A stretch of 38,095 bases of DNA, from the IMG/VR virus record IMGVR_UViG_3300020045_005153, positions 1-38,095 of that record. The stretch is one strand, 5' to 3'. The notes beneath the pieces are model-generated. The model saw only the letters and a list, made by a program, of their open reading frames with translations, was not told where the DNA came from and did no database searches. How positions within the stretch are numbered: position 1 is the stretch's first letter; every line of letters begins with the position of its first letter. The position numbers and the translations under genes are program-made. Below are positions 36,092 to 38,095 of the stretch, in pieces. The DNA comes from a virus (lineage: Duplodnaviria > Caudoviricetes).

Positions 36092-36282
36092 ACTTTCCTC
36101 CAACCGCAAGCAGCCATTGCGTGACTTATTGCTATTACCTTATCTTGTTGTCGGTGCCTCAATCCTTCTTTGTTTATTCCTCCTCGTGCGTAGTCTCGTA
36201 GATCTGTTGTGTCTGCCCAAGAGATAAACCAATTAGGCTGGTATAAATCAAGTTTGTTCATTATTTCCTGTATTTCATCCAT
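36088..36282 (-). CDS. Hypothetical protein
   Basis: Start taken at MDEIQEI, 2 nt after GGAGTGCTC. Confidence 0.65.
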   Translation of the reverse strand: MDEIQEIMNKLDLYQPNWFISWADTTDLRDYARGGINKEGLRHRQQDKVIAISHAMAACGWRKV

Positions 36283-36303
36283 GCGAGCACTCCTTCTTGG
36301 TTC

Positions 36304-36354
36304 CGGCAACATTGCCGACACAGCACACTTGGGGAATGTGCTGTATCTGCAATC
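36304..36354 (-). other. Conserved intergenic RNA hairpin, copy 3
   Basis: 13-bp stem GAUACAGCACAUU/AGUGUGCUGUGUC; same architecture as 37283-37334 and 37594-37646. Confidence 0.6.
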
Positions 36355-36777
36355 TTACACAAACAAATCTTTCAATGCCTCCAGTTTTTTCGCAGTAATG
36401 GGCGTAACTTGCCAAGCATCTATAATCACTGGCTGTCGTTTAATATCCCTATCCCAGTCATGCACAATACCTTCAATTACTGCAAAGGCGTGTCCATCCT
36501 TATGCACAATGTAGCGCCCGTGGGGGTGTAAAGCAATAAATACAGCTAATGTATCGCCTTTTACATCTGATAGTCTGGTCATTCCGAACCATGTTTCCAA
36601 CACTTTCCTCGTATTTTTCAGTGTAGTTCCTTTCTTAAGGATCCGTCCTGCCGCGCTGTAAATCGCACTAGCTTGCTCATACGAGCATCCTGCCGCACAA
36701 GCTAGCGCGCGAATTGAGCAATCATTCTTATCCCAAGCTACACGTGTAGCAGCATACTCATTTGAATTAGTTTGCAT
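36355..36777 (-). CDS. Papain/peptidase C39-like fold protein (putative)
   Basis: 'NDCSIRALA....SYE', 'GRYIV...GHAFAVIEG.VHDW' give a Cys-His-Asp arrangement; GGAGTGCTC RBS. Confidence 0.6.
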   Translation of the reverse strand: MQTNSNEYAATRVAWDKNDCSIRALACAAGCSYEQASAIYSAAGRILKKGTTLKNTRKVLETWFGMTRLSDVKGDTLAVFIALHPHGRYIVHKDGHAFAVIEGIVHDWDRDIKRQPVIIDAWQVTPITAKKLEALKDLFV

Positions 36778-36804
36778 TGAGCACTCCTTCTATTAAGCAC
36801 GCCC

Positions 36805-36853
36805 AAAAGGGGCATACAACAAGGCAGCCTGTCACGCTGCCCAATGTATGTCC
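36805..36853 (-). terminator. Terminator-like hairpin
   Basis: - strand CATACA..GGCAGC-loop-GCTGCC..TGTATG followed by CCCCTTTT, right after the stop at 36853. Confidence 0.4.
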
Positions 36854-37239
36854 TATTCGGACAATTCTGCCAACATGCGCTTCTGAACTTCCGCTTCCGC
36901 TTGTTCATACGTCAGCCCGAGCTTGGCCGCGATTGCGAGGATAGTCGGATTCTGTGGCGCAGCCCGTGTCCCCCCGCGAACGGTCCAGTCCGTGCTGTCC
37001 GATTGGTAATGATTGACCAGTTCAAGGACGGCCTCCCTACGCATTGCCTCCGTGACCGTGACCACATTCCCGTTCTTATCCTTCCTCGCAATTGCCGCGT
37101 TATCCCCAATCCTTGCTTGCCACCCATGCATCTCCGCATACGCGCGATTAGGCGCACTAACTTTAGTTGCATCGAACATTACGCTGTCCAGCCCGTCGAA
37201 AGTGAATGTAACGATTGTCCCGCTGATTTGTTTTTTCAT
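36853..37239 (-). CDS. Hypothetical protein (paralog of 32554-33237)
   Basis: Start taken at MKKQISG, 4 nt after GGAGTGCTC; 'MHGWQARIGDNAA'. Confidence 0.75.
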   Translation of the reverse strand: MKKQISGTIVTFTFDGLDSVMFDATKVSAPNRAYAEMHGWQARIGDNAAIARKDKNGNVVTVTEAMRREAVLELVNHYQSDSTDWTVRGGTRAAPQNPTILAIAAKLGLTYEQAEAEVQKRMLAELSE

Positions 37240-37241
37240 GA

Positions 37242-37334
37242 TTGAGCACTCCATTAGTTAGACCAATATTGGTCTGATGTTGGGAACATTCCCGCATTAC
37301 GCACTGTTAGACAATGCGCAATACGCGAAGTTCA
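37242..37334 (-). repeat. Promoter + hairpin + extended-RBS cassette, copy B
   Basis: ~93 bp similar to 37554-37646; GAACTT-N16-TCTAA at 37307-37333. Confidence 0.75.
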
Positions 37335-37335
37335 T

Positions 37336-37554
37336 TTATTTCCGTCGATGTATCTGCCCTCGTGCGCGCATTAGTGCATTCCTGAAATGCACGAATCGAC
37401 CAATTGTAATGTCGGGATTACGTGGGTCTTGCACATAATACATTCCATCGTCAGGATTGTAGGACAATTGGCATCCGTTACAGATTCCCTGATTTACCGC
37501 GATTAGTCCGTTATCGTGGTAAGTTACCCCATGCCTTAAATGTTTATGTTTCAT
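37336..37554 (-). CDS. Hypothetical protein
   Basis: Start taken at MKHKHLR, 1 nt after GGAGTGCTC. Confidence 0.7.
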   Translation of the reverse strand: MKHKHLRHGVTYHDNGLIAVNQGICNGCQLSYNPDDGMYYVQDPRNPDITIGRFVHFRNALMRARGQIHRRK

Positions 37555-37646
37555 TGAGCACTCCATTTAGTTAGTTCCTGTTGGGACAGGTTGGGAACAT
37601 TCCCACAATACCCACTAGTTAGACAATGGGCATTATGTGAAGTTCA
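37554..37646 (-). repeat. Promoter + hairpin + extended-RBS cassette, copy A
   Basis: ~93 bp similar to 37242-37334; GAACTT-N16-TCTAA at 37619-37645. Confidence 0.75.
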
Positions 37647-37850
37647 CCGATGGATTGATTTATACCGACCGTCAGCTACCCGCACCAATTCCCCCCGTTG
37701 CAGCATCCGATCAATCGCATTATCAACCCGTTTCCCATACGGCAATCGTGCTTTCATTGCCGCGCGTGTAAACACAGCATAATCGGGCTCGTCATGTATA
37801 ATATCCCATATTGCCTCCATCAACCCCGCGGGCGTGTTGATTGATTCCAT
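37644..37850 (-). CDS. Small winged-helix-like protein
   Basis: Start taken at MESINTP behind GGAGG; 'VDNAIDRMLQRGELVRVADGRY' helix plus wing. Confidence 0.6.
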   Translation of the reverse strand: MESINTPAGLMEAIWDIIHDEPDYAVFTRAAMKARLPYGKRVDNAIDRMLQRGELVRVADGRYKSIHR

Positions 37851-38095
37851 ATTGCCTCCATCGTTGCAACGTTGCACAATTGCTGACGTTGTATAGGTAT
37901 GACCACACCCCTGCAGATTGGTTCAATAAATATTCGACAGTTACAATTTGTTACATGTTGCAGTGCAGCATACCTCCCACGTGGCATGGATGCAACAGCC
38001 GCCGATGCAATCCCCAACGATGCCATGCAAGCGACATGGCATGTCGCGCCAATACAACTGTTGCACCAACAAAATCCTGACGTACACCTTTGAAG

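Noticed and set aside
37257-37646. Integron attC sites (GTTAGAC fits GTTRRRY)
   Set aside because: The heptamer sits in the hairpin loop, not as paired R'/R'' ends; no integrase is present; the fixed 16-nt distance to GAACTT fits a promoter better.

Overview
This window is most of a lytic-looking, podovirus-type (short-tailed) phage genome from a Gram-negative host. The terminase, portal and 5' end of the scaffold gene lie outside it. The + strand (1-18.2 kb) carries the late genes: scaffold, major capsid, decoration proteins, P22 gp4/gp10-like head-tail proteins, a beta-helix tail spike, a GNAT, three ejection-type proteins and a lysis cassette (holin-like genes, DUF2778/Tlde1-type endolysin, embedded two-component spanin). 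The - strand (18.2-38 kb) carries replication genes (DUF3987 NTPase, UDG-fused family A DNA polymerase, ParB-DNA methyltransferase fusion, SSB, Sak4-like ATPase, Cas4-like exonuclease, HNH endonuclease) and about 30 small early genes. No RNA polymerase, integrase, tRNA or CRISPR array was seen. The most striking signal is non-coding. (i) Eleven early genes share one extended ribosome-binding motif, GGAGUGCU(C/U). (ii) A ~330-nt structured intergenic RNA on the same strand carries the only antisense copy found (UUUGAGCACUCCA), held in a stem by a decoy copy; this is a candidate anti-RBS RNA regulon. (iii) Five sigmaE/AlgU-type promoters (GAACTT-N16-TCTAA) point into the early genes. (iv) A covarying RNA hairpin follows three early stop codons. 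(v) A 30-bp palindromic operator occurs three times, once directly in front of a small HTH gene. All protein calls come from motif recognition and gene order, not database searches.
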